The position numbers and the translations under genes are program-made. A model generated the notes under the pieces. That model was not told where the DNA came from, did no database searches, and saw only the letters and a program-made list of their open reading frames with translations. From Lingula anatina (Eukaryota > Animalia > Brachiopoda), in NCBI GenBank assembly GCA_051362555.1, contig CM120640.1:53174788-53238787 (forward strand): DNA of 64,000 bases, read 5' to 3'. How positions within the stretch are numbered: position 1 is the stretch's first letter; the number at the start of each line of letters is the position of its first letter. Shown here in pieces: positions 25,501 to 39,195 of the stretch.

Positions 25501-28159
25501 CCTGGCAATTTAAAAGTGCACTGCATACAAAGCACAGGGCACACCCCAAAAGTGCACTGTGGGGCAGTTCAAGAAGTGGTCACAACCAACACGACCTCAT
25601 CCAGCCCGGTCACATAAAGGCCATTGAACCCTTATAAGTACTATTTTTAAAGAATTTGAATAATGGTGGCAAATGTGATCCTTAGTAATGATGCTGACTG
25701 GCATGTGACCAAACAATTTAAGTTTATATCAGGGCATAGAGCAGTTGCAGTTACTAAAACAATTCTTTCATTTTTATGTTACAAATTATTACTGCTTAAA
25801 GTGCCACAATGTTCGCAATGCATGCAGTGACAGGCATGGAAGTCATATATACCACTATAATTCCAAGTTTAAGTTATAAATTTTAATCAAATAAAAGTCA
25901 TTCATTAGGTTTTGCATATAGGTAAGAAAAAAATTGCACATCATGTACCTGACACATTACAGCACAGGTGTGCGCCTCTTGGGTAATAAATTATGTTAAG
26001 CACTAGTTGCTCATGTTATGAGGTTAATGTTGTTTGTCAAACTTACTCAGAACAGTATCCCTCACCATCTTCCAAATGTAGTGTTATATGGTTCATTGAT
26101 ATTTTAATATTTTCCATATACCCCTCCAATCTTGTTTCTAGGTAGTTTTTCAGGAAAACTTTAAAAATTGTTACTTGTATTGAACAGTTCACATGTAGTC
26201 AAAAGTTAAAATATACATAAGGCATGTGCAACATCAAATATTTTCAAATTTTTTGTAACTGATAAGCATAAAGATAAAACCCTAATACTAATGAAAGGCT
26301 AAATAGATATTGTCCATAATTTCAGCAGGTTTTCCTCTATAAATGCTCAATGTGTAATTGAGGTGACTCAGCAACAGAAGGTTATCATCAAGGTGACAAT
26401 AACAAAGGCAGTTCGATTGTAACGTAAGCAGTCAAGGTGGACACCAACTTACTTAGGTCAGAGGAAATACGATTTGTTTGCTTGCGTCAAATGCAAGGTC
26501 TTCCTTTATAAATATTTCCTTGGGTGACAATGAAAAAACTCCAACACATTATACTGTCTTGTTGTAAGGCATCACTAATTTGACTCATCAGCTGATGTCA
26601 AAATGGAAATTGAATTCTTGTAACATGACATTGGAAGAATACTATATATAATGATAATAAAAATAAAAATAAATATTATTATTATTATTTAGTCTAAAAT
26701 CTACATATGTTAAATAGACTATACAATGTAAAATACAAGAAAGAAAAAATTGATAAAAACAAGTCAGTTATTTCCTTAATTAGGGAAGATAATCAAAAAG
26801 TTATTCAGATGCTAGAGCGCTAAAAATTCAGTCATAAAAAGATATATTTCACATTCCATTTTAAAAGTCTCAGGGGAAGCTATACTGCATAAAAGAAAAG
26901 TATTCCATTCATTTGATGCTGAAGCCTTATCAGTAATCTTCTCGTGCTGACATGTCTAAGATTGCATATATTTCTATATATTTTGTACATGGTATTTGAA
27001 ATTATTCCATAAATAAAGATGATGTGTGAATTAATTTCAATCTTGCCAAGTTGTTTATAACAAATTTTTTTAAAAAGTAAACTACAATTTTAAAGGTACA
27101 GGGGCCCTGACTTCTGTTATATTGAAATAATAAAATGATTACCATCTTTTCAAATCACAATGGATTTCAATGTGAACATGGAAATATTATACAGGTTGTC
27201 CTTTTGTAAAAATTCTTTTTTTTCCCCCACAAATTGTTACCATATTTAAAAAAAACTTTTATCATAACAGAGAAAATAAAACAGTGACCACTGATTCTCC
27301 CTTTTACATAAATCCAACCTAATATTTTGGTACTAGAAATTAGCCAAATGTAGTTAATTTTTTGTCTGTCTGTCAGTAAATTATATATTTGAAAGCAAAT
27401 TTAGTATTTTCAGTATAGACAATGGCTGTCTATTTATAATTTTGAGAAGTCGTCATTGGTTTATATAGATTAATTGTGTTGGTATTTATTTAGCATATGA
27501 CCAGAATTTGAAAAATTAATGTTCAGATAAATGTCAATACAGTGCGGCATCCAACTTGGTACCTGAAAATTCTTTTAACTTTTATAGAAATAGAGTAAGG
27601 GCTTCTCAGTTAATCCAGTTTCAAGCTGTCGTGTTGGCAGTTTGCCAGCACAGACATCCTAAATGGAAATTTCTGCCCCTTTTCCAGGCCATGAACATCT
27701 TTATTGGTAAATATTGTAGTGCGCCTAGTGCCACCCTGGCAGCATTATCATTTCCACCCATCTCAATGCCCTTAATAATAAAAGAAAGGCTAACATTTGA
27801 AGAATGAATTCACTCAAAAGTGACAGATGAATTGCAGAACATGCATCTTCCCAATATTCTTTTTTTCTTTTAGGTTTCACCTTCAGTCATTGTTATCACA
27901 TCACTTATCTAACACTGGAACTTAGGTAATTCACTAGTTTTCCACAACTGCCTGTCATAGGTCTTGTGTGGACAATGCGTATCCATTACAATTGAATTTA
28001 TATAACAAAAATTCTTGTTTCAAAACCAAGACCTTATGCAGCAAACCTTGCTCTTACATAATAATAATAATAAGCACTACTGCAATTTTATTCAAGTCAT
28101 ATTAAAATAGAAATATTATTCACACTTCATGGGACAATAAAGAACTGACACCATCTACA

Positions 28160-28352
28160 TAAACTAGTAAACAAAGGGCCTGAAGCCTCACACTAGTTAC
28201 ATATTCCTATTATCCCTGTTACCTATTGTGCATAATTAAAATTTGGTGTTGACTTTGCTGTTAAGCATTATGTAACATTGCATCAAATTGACAAAATGAC
28301 TTATTTTGTGCATCATTTTCTGCTTTTTGTCATTTGACAGCTTTGCTGCTTT
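28160..28352 (-). mobile_element. Decayed 5' fragment of the same HINE family found in the DDX51 introns
   Basis: The reverse complement reads gcagcaaagctgtcaaatg-acaaaaagcag...tgtcaatttgatg...cataatgcttaacagcaaagtcaacaccaaattttaattatgc, which aligns by eye with 42643-42790. Confidence 0.65.
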
Positions 28353-28612
28353 TTTTTCCTACACATGTTTAGCTTCTGAATATTTAATCTACTTCAAACT
28401 GGATAGCCTCACATTGTCTTGCAAGATACCTGCAATGTAATGGCCAAGTTTTCCTTCAACTTATTCTAGCATTGACACTAAGTAGGGTAAAACTAATTTA
28501 GAAAACAGCAGGGTACCTTCACTTCTTAAAGCAAATGGCATGAAAAATACTCTGTATGACATCTGTTTCTGTCAAGTCCTTTTCAGTAAGCAGGAATGGT
28601 TTGTTAGACATA

Positions 28613-28914
28613 GACCGCATTCACATCAAGTTGAGCCATGGCTCTACAAAGCCACGAACTAAATATGTCGGATGTACATGAAAGGAAAACCGCCTAATCT
28701 TTTAATAGTTTCTCCGCCTCTCACACGCCTCCCCATGTGTTGTCCCAATGGAGCTGAGATTTAATGACTGTACCTGCTCAGGGACGACGCATGGGGAGGC
28801 GTGTGAGAGGCAGAGAGACTATTAAAAGATTAGGCGGTTTTCCTTTCATGTGCATCCGCCATATTTAGTTCGTGGCTTTGTAGAGCCATGGCTCAACTCG
28901 ATGTGAATGGGGTC
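28613..28914. mobile_element. Foldback MITE with ~134-bp inverted arms
   Basis: The left arm (28613-28746) is nearly the exact reverse complement of 28781-28914. Termini gacc(g/c)cattcacatc resemble those of the 2811 MITE. Confidence 0.88.
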
Positions 28915-31900
28915 CTAGTCCTATAGGACGTGAACTTAATCCACCCTTTTACTACTAGAAAAAGGATTCTGCATGAAGTCTTCCTACAAATTGGGGCAAT
29001 TTCAGTGCTTCACACTTCACAGTGTATATTCTTGCCAGTTCTCTTGCATTCTTACAGCTGTAAATATTTTGTGAAGAAAAAAAGCTGCACTGCACAAAAA
29101 AAAAAAAAGAGACATCTAAAAACAGAGATTTTTCAGTGGATTTGCCTTACAGAACATCTTTATTCTTCATAATCCATTGGTTACAATTCACAGGAACACT
29201 ATCAAATCACTCCTAATCAGTATTTTGTACCAATCTCTTTCAGCAGTGTGGCTGCATACCAAAAGATGCCCACCCCATGCACTAGATTCACTTACAGATG
29301 AATCTCACCACTGATAGATCCTAAAGCTGTTGAATATTTTTGCATGGATTTTCTGAATATGTGTTTTATCAGTGAGTATGTAAAATAATGCATTTATTAA
29401 AAACACATAATTTATAATTATAGTGTCAATTGAAATGGCAATAATCACTATCATTTATTGGATTCGGAGGAGAAAATAATATTCTGATTAAAAAAAATTA
29501 TAGGCATCAAGTTGATCATGTAGGGATCAATGTGTGTGGTTGATATGGCAAACTATTGGTGCTACAATCTACCTGTGCAGGGCATAATTTAGGTCAATTA
29601 ATGCAGGTATCTACTCACACAACTGGCCTGATCCCATTTAGGTAACATGAGGTAACTTTGCAAAGGAATACCAGGCCAGCAAATCTAGGTGAACAAATTA
29701 TTTTCTCAAAGCAAATACATCAAGTTATCAAAATAGGAAGTATATGTGAATACCCTTCAAAATTCTCAGCTGATATTAACAGAATACAAGAAATAAAGTT
29801 TCAACATTATCAGTGAACGCATCAGTTTAAATTTAGACAGCAGATGTAAAACAGAATTTAAGGCAAACTCTATACAAGTAGACTGATGCAAAAGGCATGT
29901 TAGAGGTCATGGTCTGTTTACAGACAGGAACTGTGCTAATGTTAATGGCATAAGCATATTTCCAGGGAAGACAGAAAAGACTACATAACACACTAATTTC
30001 GGTTACTCAGAATACAGACTATATTTAAATAGCTCACAGATTTGTAGAGACTAATGACATGTGCTATTAGTTGATTGATATACTATTATGATCTGCATGT
30101 TGGCTATAATTAAGAGATCATGGCCCAATATATTTCTTGTGAATAGGTTGCATGCTTTAGACAAGTTTTGCAAATATTTACAGGTATGAAACCAGGTTAA
30201 TTTTTGCAAGACAAAATGAAGAATGGTGCCTTATTAAGGCAATTGTAAATTTTATCATAAAAAGCATATAAAAAATCTGAATTTGAGCAACCACAGTCAA
30301 CAAGCTGACATGAAAATGAGATTAAAAAAAATAAAGTAAAACTGTAGTACATTGTATAAGCAGTAAGTATGCATTATAACAATGATTCTAATTCAAACAC
30401 AACTAAGTATAAAATCTGCATGCACTCTTTAGTCAGCTCATATATCTATAGCCATTGCATCAAACTGTGCTTGTATTAAAAATTCAGTTACTCATCTCTT
30501 AACTGTCTCACTTAATCTTAAGTCAAGGATTTTCATTTGTTGTTTATGCATCATCAGGTAAGCTATGACATAATACCATCTGTTAGGAGAAAGTAAGTGT
30601 TTACCTACATGACCAGGCACCAGGCTGGCAATAAACTGTATGTATTGACTTAGTTTTGAGGTTACACCTTAACCTTCACCTGAAACATCTATTTTTTATG
30701 GAGAATGTAATTAAGCTTGATGCTGAAAACAATGTCTCCATTTACTTAAGTTGCGCAGGGCATTAACAATGATTAACATATTTTCAATCATGTACCTGTC
30801 TGAATAAGGAGCAGATTTGAAATAAGCGGACTTGAAAATTAAATGGAAAACTGATAATTCAAATAATAAGGAAACTAAAAAATTTTGTATAAGAAATGGA
30901 AAGTGCACCATAAGATGAATCAAAGGCTAACATATTCAATTTAAATTGCCCATAAATTGCACATAAGAGTCTAAAGGCTATTAACCCTTCAGTACATTTC
31001 AGTCAAGAAATATAAGGTTTGCCCTGGATGTGTCATTTCACAGGTAAACACCATAAAATTTGTTGAAAATTACAGTGCTCACTGATTGACATCTAGTCCA
31101 CAGCCCATTACATCTCCAAAATTGAACTAAAACTTACCAACAGCCAACTCTTACATCATGCCGAGAAAAAGGTTAAGTTTGTTAAAAACATTTACAAGTT
31201 CACTAAACCAAGATTATATAATTCTATATCATCCTTGACTTAACTGAAATAAAATATATATCTTCACAGTTAGATAATGAAAAAGTGAGCTGATGTGGAT
31301 TTTACTCCATGAAAGGCTTCTAAAATAGAATTAAAAGGTCGTAGAATTTTCTGTGAAATTAACGGAATGTTTCAATAAAAATGTGATTAACAAAATTCTT
31401 TTTACATATTCTAAAGATGTTCCTTTTTCAATATACATGCTATACAACTTTTTAAACAACAGTTTTAACAACATACTTTCCAACTAATGCTTTATCCATA
31501 AACTACAGGTAATTTCATCTGTAATGTCTGCAAGAATTGTTGAATGTCTACATGTAAGTAGAGCTGGGATGGGGGTCCTGCCCTACAGTAATACTGAACT
31601 AGAATATAACCCAAGCTGGAAATTGGGTTAGTACTTGCACCAGTGCTTATGAAGTGTAGCAAACAAGCTAAATATCAAGTATTTTGGGGATGAACTTGCA
31701 AACACTGTAAATGTCAATAACCAGGTACCCATGTTAGACATATTTTTACCCAAAAACATGGCATCACTTTACATCTTAGCAACACACATTTCTTTACACA
31801 TTGCTATGCTAGTCGTCATACTAGTACCTCATACACCAGACATTTAATTTGTTTTAGTTTGTTTGACATGGTAAACCTGAAGTACACCCTTTGGTCCTTC

Positions 31901-34900
31901 CGGAAGCATGGGGTACTACAATGTGTCCTCTGTTGATAAACTAAAGAAAATTGGGGAAAAAATAGGTCAGTGGTTTGTCTGGAAAAATATTGCCTCAACA
32001 TCAGGGACATAAACATGAATACAATAACCTAGCTTTATGATATAATGCACATATTTTCAAAGGCAAAACAATTTAATTGCATAAATCTTATGCTGCGTAC
32101 AGTTCAAAACTAAGGCAAAAAATTTTAAAAATTATATAAATAATAAAATATTAAAAATAAAGATAAACAGAGATAAAGTAACTTAAAGGTAAAGGTATGA
32201 AATTTTTTCTAATAATTGTTATTTTTCTCATATTTTAATACAAATAGCAAGGCATAACCTAAATTTTGCAAAACATCTAAAGCAAGCAATAAGTTTCATG
32301 CTCATACATGCTATTGAAGAGTTAGTTTTTGGTTAAAGGTCAACAATAAGCTGTATCAAAGTAAATGCACTCTACACCTGTATAGTCTGACACCTGTAAC
32401 ATGTAGACAGACTGTACATGGTACAAAGAGAAGCAGACTAAACAGAACAGGGGTTACGGAACATCAGATAAAGCAAATAAGTATTGCATGACATGAATTT
32501 GCACTGATGCATCTCAATAAAGATTATGACGACAACATAAAAGACTGCACTGCTGATAACCTTATTCATGAATTTAGCCCACTTCTTCCTTTTAATGTAT
32601 TGCACATGTGAACAATACTGTCATGAACCACTCCCTCAATTTTTTTTTCGATGGTGGGCACATACTTGGGGGAGGATCATGGTATGCCTATGAATAACTA
32701 TGGTAACACCCTTCTCTTACAAAAATTAGTCACTTAAACATTTATACTCCTTTCTACTGAGCAATGAAAGTTCAGTTACAGTGTTAAAGGTAAACAAATT
32801 AGAGGCAAAATTGATCTGCTTAAATGGCTTTTGATTGTTTTTTATATTTAAACCTCAAAGGTATCAACTGTACATTACTTATAGTGTAACATTTAGAGAT
32901 ATGAATACATGTATAAATTTTTTGACTCAGTTTTTAAAACCAATTTAGTTTGCCTTTAAATTGAGAGATTCAGTGCGTGGCCTCCTATTTTAAGTGATTT
33001 AAAAAAAAAAAAAAAGAAAGAAAAAAAATTAAACCATATGAATAAAAATACTGGTCTTTATCATAAAATCCCCATGATGCTAAACTTCCAAAAATAAATT
33101 TGTGACTACCAGCAGTTAAACTTGAACCTAATTTATAAAGCTTATTTCCACATATCAGTTTGTCATTTGCACATACAGACATCTTATCAAAAGTCAATAT
33201 TTTATTTGTGTCAAATTGATAAGCAGCTATAGATACTTCTGATTGTGAATACAATAAACATCTCACTGTTACATAACAAACAGAATTGTAGCACTACAAT
33301 TTGACCTACATGTGAATTTCTAAAAAGAGGTGCATACCCATCTTTTAAGAATAAATTTCTCTGAGTAAGTAAATGCAAAACACAAACCTGATTGATGAAA
33401 ATCACAAATTTCTATAGTATACACTGTTTTAATAAGAAACAGGGTAAGCAGATTTAAAGGGAAGACTCATAGTTAACCTTTCTTTCTATACATTACAACA
33501 AGCTTTATAGACAGACATAATGCCAGGGATTTTTTCTGAAAAATTATGCGACGGAGGTTTCACAACTGTTTTATGGTTTTTCATAATGATGGCTCTGAGG
33601 GTAATGGTGGCTGACTGATTGTAAAGCAAGTTCAATGGCAAGAGTAATCAGAAAAAACTGTTGGTACCAGCATATCTCTGTAAGTGGGCTGGAGGCACTG
33701 ATCATAAAAATTAGGCACAATGCAAACCCCATTGTGTTAGGTGTTCTTACATTGTGTCTCCCTCGTAAACAAAGGTACAAGGAATTTTTTTTTGTACCTC
33801 AGTGGCTCAATCTGTTGATATTCACGAGACTATTTCTGTTATAAGTACAGTGCATCTGTAATATACCCAAAGTATTTCCTTCTGTTTATGTAAAAAAAAT
33901 TGATCATGTGGCTAATAATTGCTTATCTTTTTACTATATTTTCTGTAAGTTCAACTATCTACATATATTTGACTAATCCATATAAAATTTTTCTGAACAT
34001 GATACTGTAAAGTAGCCTTATATACTAGGTTTGTAGAAAGCTTTTCTCATAACAAGAAGACTACATTCTATTGATAAAAAATCATGTTCAATTATATAAA
34101 GCTGAAGCCCGCAATAAAAATGTTAAAATCATACAAACCATTTTTGATTCTTAAAAACTGTTTCATTCTAATAGGCTGATTACCATGTTGTTGCTTTTAG
34201 GCAAATGAAGCACATTCCAGTCTGATAGAGTCTTTAAAACTTTATTTTTATAATAAATAAATCAAAAGAACAACACACATCACCTCAATATGATCAGATC
34301 ATCCAGAGCCAACATCACTATCAGGACCCAAAGGCAAATCCTCAAACTCCCAGAAATAGGGTTTTTCATTTCATTCAACTTGTATTTAACTAATCACATT
34401 GTTTGTATCTCTTTCATCAGCAACTTTTTTTACTTAATCTCTTTAACAGAAGGCAACTTATAAAAATAAGCAGATCAGCAGATTTCAATATCTGTTTTTT
34501 ATGGAGAGTATGTAGGCGTGTTAAATTCAGGTGGTTTGCAGAAGGGTTAACCTTTTTTTTCTTATCTCAAAGTGACTAAATGATATCTAGCTGATGGTTT
34601 CAGGGTCCACAAGGCAGCATAAATGTCTTTATTGCTATCTCTGAAGTAAAGAGCTACAGAACTATAAATGCTCACAACTGAATGAAATTTTAGACACTGA
34701 TGCAAATAGGAAGTTAAAAGAATACACTGAGAAATGATAAATAACGACAATGGAAAATTTCCAGGAACTCATTAGTTGTAAATGTTCAATTACTGCAAGG
34801 ACCACCTGTCACAAGTGTTAATGAAAATTCCACTGCAGACAGTAAACACCTCATCTTTTATGACTGTGGTTGTTTACGTCATTTCTCTTCCTGGAAACCT

Positions 34901-37900
34901 GAAACCATACTTCTGTAAAACTATGGGTCTAGTCATACAGAATAGATGGCAGCTTAAATGGTAATGCTACACATAGTGTCTTAAAAAAGGAAAAAAAAGC
35001 AAAAACAATGAATACCCAAATAAATGGTGATTATGTTGAAATGAAAACACCCACCCCACCCCCCACAAAAAAAAAAAAAAAAAAAAAAAAAGCCTAAAAG
35101 AGGGATACAGGCTAATAAATTTTATCACAGTCCTGCTTTTTTTACATCAGTGATCAAAGTCAAATACCTAAATTACATAAAGGCCCTTTGACAGTCTTTG
35201 TTCACACCAAATTTGCTTCAAAAATTGTGTTACATGTATGACCCACACTCACTGGCCATCTCATTATGACTATTCCTCTATAGGGAGTCAGTTTATTAAA
35301 CTGAATGTTCTTTCCAATTATTGGAAAAATATATTGGAATTTGATGGCAGTTGTCCAAATAAAGGACAAAAACAATCAATGTTGTGTACAGACTAGATTT
35401 GGACAGAGTTATTCTGAGAGGTTTTATGGTTTCAGGGTCTATTTTAACAAAATGTCTGGCAGTATATCTCATGCATCAAAAGCACCTGCTCGAGAATCAG
35501 GAATACTTGATGTGATACGTGTCACATATTCTATGAAAGATTATAACATGTAATATACAAGGTGGGGGGGGGGGGGGGGGTGCTTTTAAAAGTTAGCTTC
35601 CAGCTGTTTGGGCAAAATTAATCTAGTTAACTGGCAAATCACTTTTTTCTATTAATTCACAAATTATAAATTCAGATGCATGAACATGGAACCATTCGGG
35701 GGGAGGGGAGGTGCAGGTTACAAACAGATATGATTTGTTGACATTACAGTATAATATACTTCAAACTACAAGTTCAAAACTGAGGCCAACACACAAGAAG
35801 TTAATGTCAACTTTAAAAAACTAAGGCAAAAATATTTTAGTACAGCATTCATGGTCACAAAAAATGAATTACAATGCATATAATTCAGTAAAATGTCTGA
35901 AATATACTGAGCTTCCTTCAAAACAAAACAATGTAAGAAAAATATTAGGGATTAAATGCACCTGGGTACCCCCAGTAAATGTGCTTGATTCTCAGATATC
36001 ATGATATGTTCCACTGGTATTTTCAATCAAACGCACAGCTCATCACTGTTTGTCCACGTGAACAGACTACTGGTGGCATGCAAATATAACAATTTGTGTG
36101 ACCTTTCTTGTACAAAGATGTTTTTCTGTCAAGAATTAGCAACATGCTGACTTTCTCAAAATTAACCTCGTCTCCAAAGGCCAATGCTAAATATAAACAT
36201 AAAGACCACAGGTAGCAAAACAACAGCAGTCTTTGTATCTAATCCTTTTTTTTCAAATTTGATGAATGTTCTCCCTATATCATATGTATGTAATATTTTA
36301 TTGGTTAATTTTTCTCTTGAAGTTTCCTTCATTATATGTTCATTAGCACTAATGTTTTTCTTATATACCACACATATACAATGTCTTGGACATAATAACG
36401 AATTATTATTTGTTATTATGTCCATGACTATGTGCTTAATTATTTTCATATATTTTGCTATGTTAGACATTATAATACAGGATAGCTTCAGATGGAGTGA
36501 AAAAGCAGATGATAAAATACAAAGCACCATTAGCCTTTCAACAGCAAAGAGGGAGAGGATCTTGGGAAATTTTATTAAACCACTGACAGAGATTACATAT
36601 ATTATGATATTAAGTTTATCATACTCAACATATTTCCATTTAAAGCCGATGTAATTATATCTTGCCTTGATTAAATTGTGTGCTTACTAAGTATCAAAGA
36701 TAATAACTGATTGTAGAATTCTAATTTGATGTTTTAACATTTTTCCTGGGAGCTGACCAAGAACACTACTGTAGGATATATTTTGAAAAAATACCACCAT
36801 CACTATCACAAATTGCTCAAGAGAGAAGACCCAATATTACAAGACATGACAGAAAAGATAGTACACCATTTGAAGTACTGGAGCATTGTTTGGCATTGCA
36901 ACAGCAGACAAAATTGGTAGTAAATAATTAATGATATAAAGTGATTTCCAGTACTAGTGGTAGGGTTGTACTAGTAATTGTCCAGTGAAATTATTGAAAG
37001 AGCAATCACTGTAAAACTAAAAGCAAATATGTGTCCAGACAGTTACTGCATCAAAATCTATATCAGTTTACTACTCTTAAAAATATCTTCTCCAACATAA
37101 TCATGACACTGCAATTAGTATTATAACACAGAAACTTTTATTTAAGTAGAAATGCTGACGCTATCTGCACACATGTTTATTAAAAAAACTGGAATAAAGA
37201 CGATACATATGACATACATTACATAAAAAAATTTCAATTATCTGACATCCGTAACAGTTATTATTGGGATATCTTATCCACATTAGCCCAATAAGGGCAC
37301 CCTTATCTGAAAGGACTTTCTCACAGGGATTTTCAACAAAGTCGTCTTGCCCATTCCTTGTCTTGCACTAGAGCACCCTTGTCTAGGAAAATCCTGCCTG
37401 ACTCACCAAAAAGCATCTTGCGGGTTCCCATACTTGTTCAAAAACAAGACATAAATCATAAAGTCTGCATTGAAGAAGCAATAATGTATGTTACTCTTCA
37501 TCTGCTAATTTTAATTACTTAACATGCTTGTTTAAAAAATATGACCACATCTATTTTGCCCAATACGCCCTCAATGTACAGGAGAAAACACCCATTACAT
37601 GAAAAGAAAAATAAATACACATAAGACCCATTTCTATTACATATATAATTTATTAAAATTTAGATGTGACTTTCCTACCTAAGCGCTTAGCATCTAATGA
37701 GCAACACTATAATATTTATAACAATAAAAGCAATAGCCTCCTGTGCAAGCAGTGTCTTAGCCAGGAGAAATGAATTCAACTCTAATTCATCAAATTTGAA
37801 TGATTTCAATAATATTTACCTAAAAGTGAGAGAATGATAGAGTGCATTTTGCAAATAAAAAAATAGACAGAGAGAGAGAGGATCGAGAATACACCCTCAG

Positions 37901-38463
37901 AGCTCTAAAGGTCACTAGTTAACAACAAGTTTCACAGAGTCAGCTGCAGTGATTTAGATATAGACTGACCATAAGGATGAACAAGCACTTTCTCTTTTGC
38001 CTGGAAATACAGCTACTGTGTAACAGTGCTTGATCAATATGTATTTTATATTGTATGTTCATGCTAACAAAAATCACAGAGAATAAATGTGTATCTAATA
38101 AAACAAGCAAGACCCAGAGTCAGCATTAACTTTAATGAAAGTATCATCAGGCCTGTAGCCAGCAATTTCAAAGGGGGTGTCTTTTTCTGAAAAAATGAAC
38201 CCTTTAACATGAAAGCTTTATGTACCTACCAAAATTGATGTATTGATTTTCACTCTACAACAAACATACAAAATAACAGTGCCCCTGCATCAATCATCAA
38301 TCCTTTTTACTTGAATCCTCTTCTACACTGATCAGCCCACTCTTAACTTTATTCCATTCTACATATCAGATATTATACAAATTTTTATCTTAAACAGAAA
38401 CATAAAGATGATTCCATATCTTAACATGGCAGCATACCACAAGAAAACCACTTTGAATATTAA

Positions 38464-38800
38464 AGGGATAATAACTCTTCGTTTTGGCCAAAAAATGAAT
38501 TTTCCTGGAGTAAACAACAATTTTCCCATACTTACCAATGGTTAATGAATCCATTTTTACATTCAAAGTTAGTCCCTGGTTTTATTCTAAAAAGTTTGGT
38601 TTTTTGTTAAAATCTCTTAAGAGATTTTAACAGAGTATAGCCGTCAATGGAGGTCGCGTGGTCTAAAGACGAGCCCAGATATCAGAATAATAGCTATAAC
38701 TGCCGTTTTTGTGGTAAAACAGAATATATTATATTTCTATGAGTTATTCACAATGTTTTTATTGTGAAATATAGATCTCATACAAAGAGTTATTATCCCT
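38464..38800. mobile_element. MITE with TTAA TSD and AGG termini (Kolobok-like)
   Basis: ttaa-agggataataactctt ... aagagttattatccct-ttaa. A second, truncated copy lies at 45105-45400. Confidence 0.8.
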
Positions 38801-38919
38801 TTAACCAGAGTTGCTTACTTCACTTTAGTCACATAGAGACAGAGCCCCTTGAAGGTCATCTTGTAAATATTAAATGTAACCATAAAATAAAAGGTATCTT
38901 AAAACGTTAAAGTTTTGTA

Positions 38920-39195
38920 AGGAACCATTCCCACAGATATTTGGATCGCTCTATCTCCCTAGGGAATCTCACTAAATTGCTATCAGTTTAACCAAGGACG
39001 TATATTCAATATACGTCCTTGGTTTAACCAGCTAAAATGTCTGTCACAGTAAAGCTTTTAGGGGGTAATTATCTTTACCCCCTAGCTGATTCGGTAGGCG
39101 TGGCAGATATTAAAGCCGGTTAGTTGATAGTAATTTAGTGAGACTCCCCAGGGAGTTAAACAGATCTAGATGGATCGATCTAGGCATGGGAACCA
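38920..39195. mobile_element. Second copy of the 2811-3026 MITE family, containing a nested 29-bp insertion
   Basis: Shares ccattcccacagat...gatc, aatgtctgtc and ccccagggagtt...gatctagatggatcgatcta with the 2811 copy. Confidence 0.75.
38993..39021. mobile_element. 29-bp perfect palindromic micro-element with exact 7-bp TSD
   Basis: caaggacgtatatt-c-aatatacgtccttg flanked by gtttaac at 38986-38992 and 39022-39028. It is absent from the paralogous site near 2875. Confidence 0.8.
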
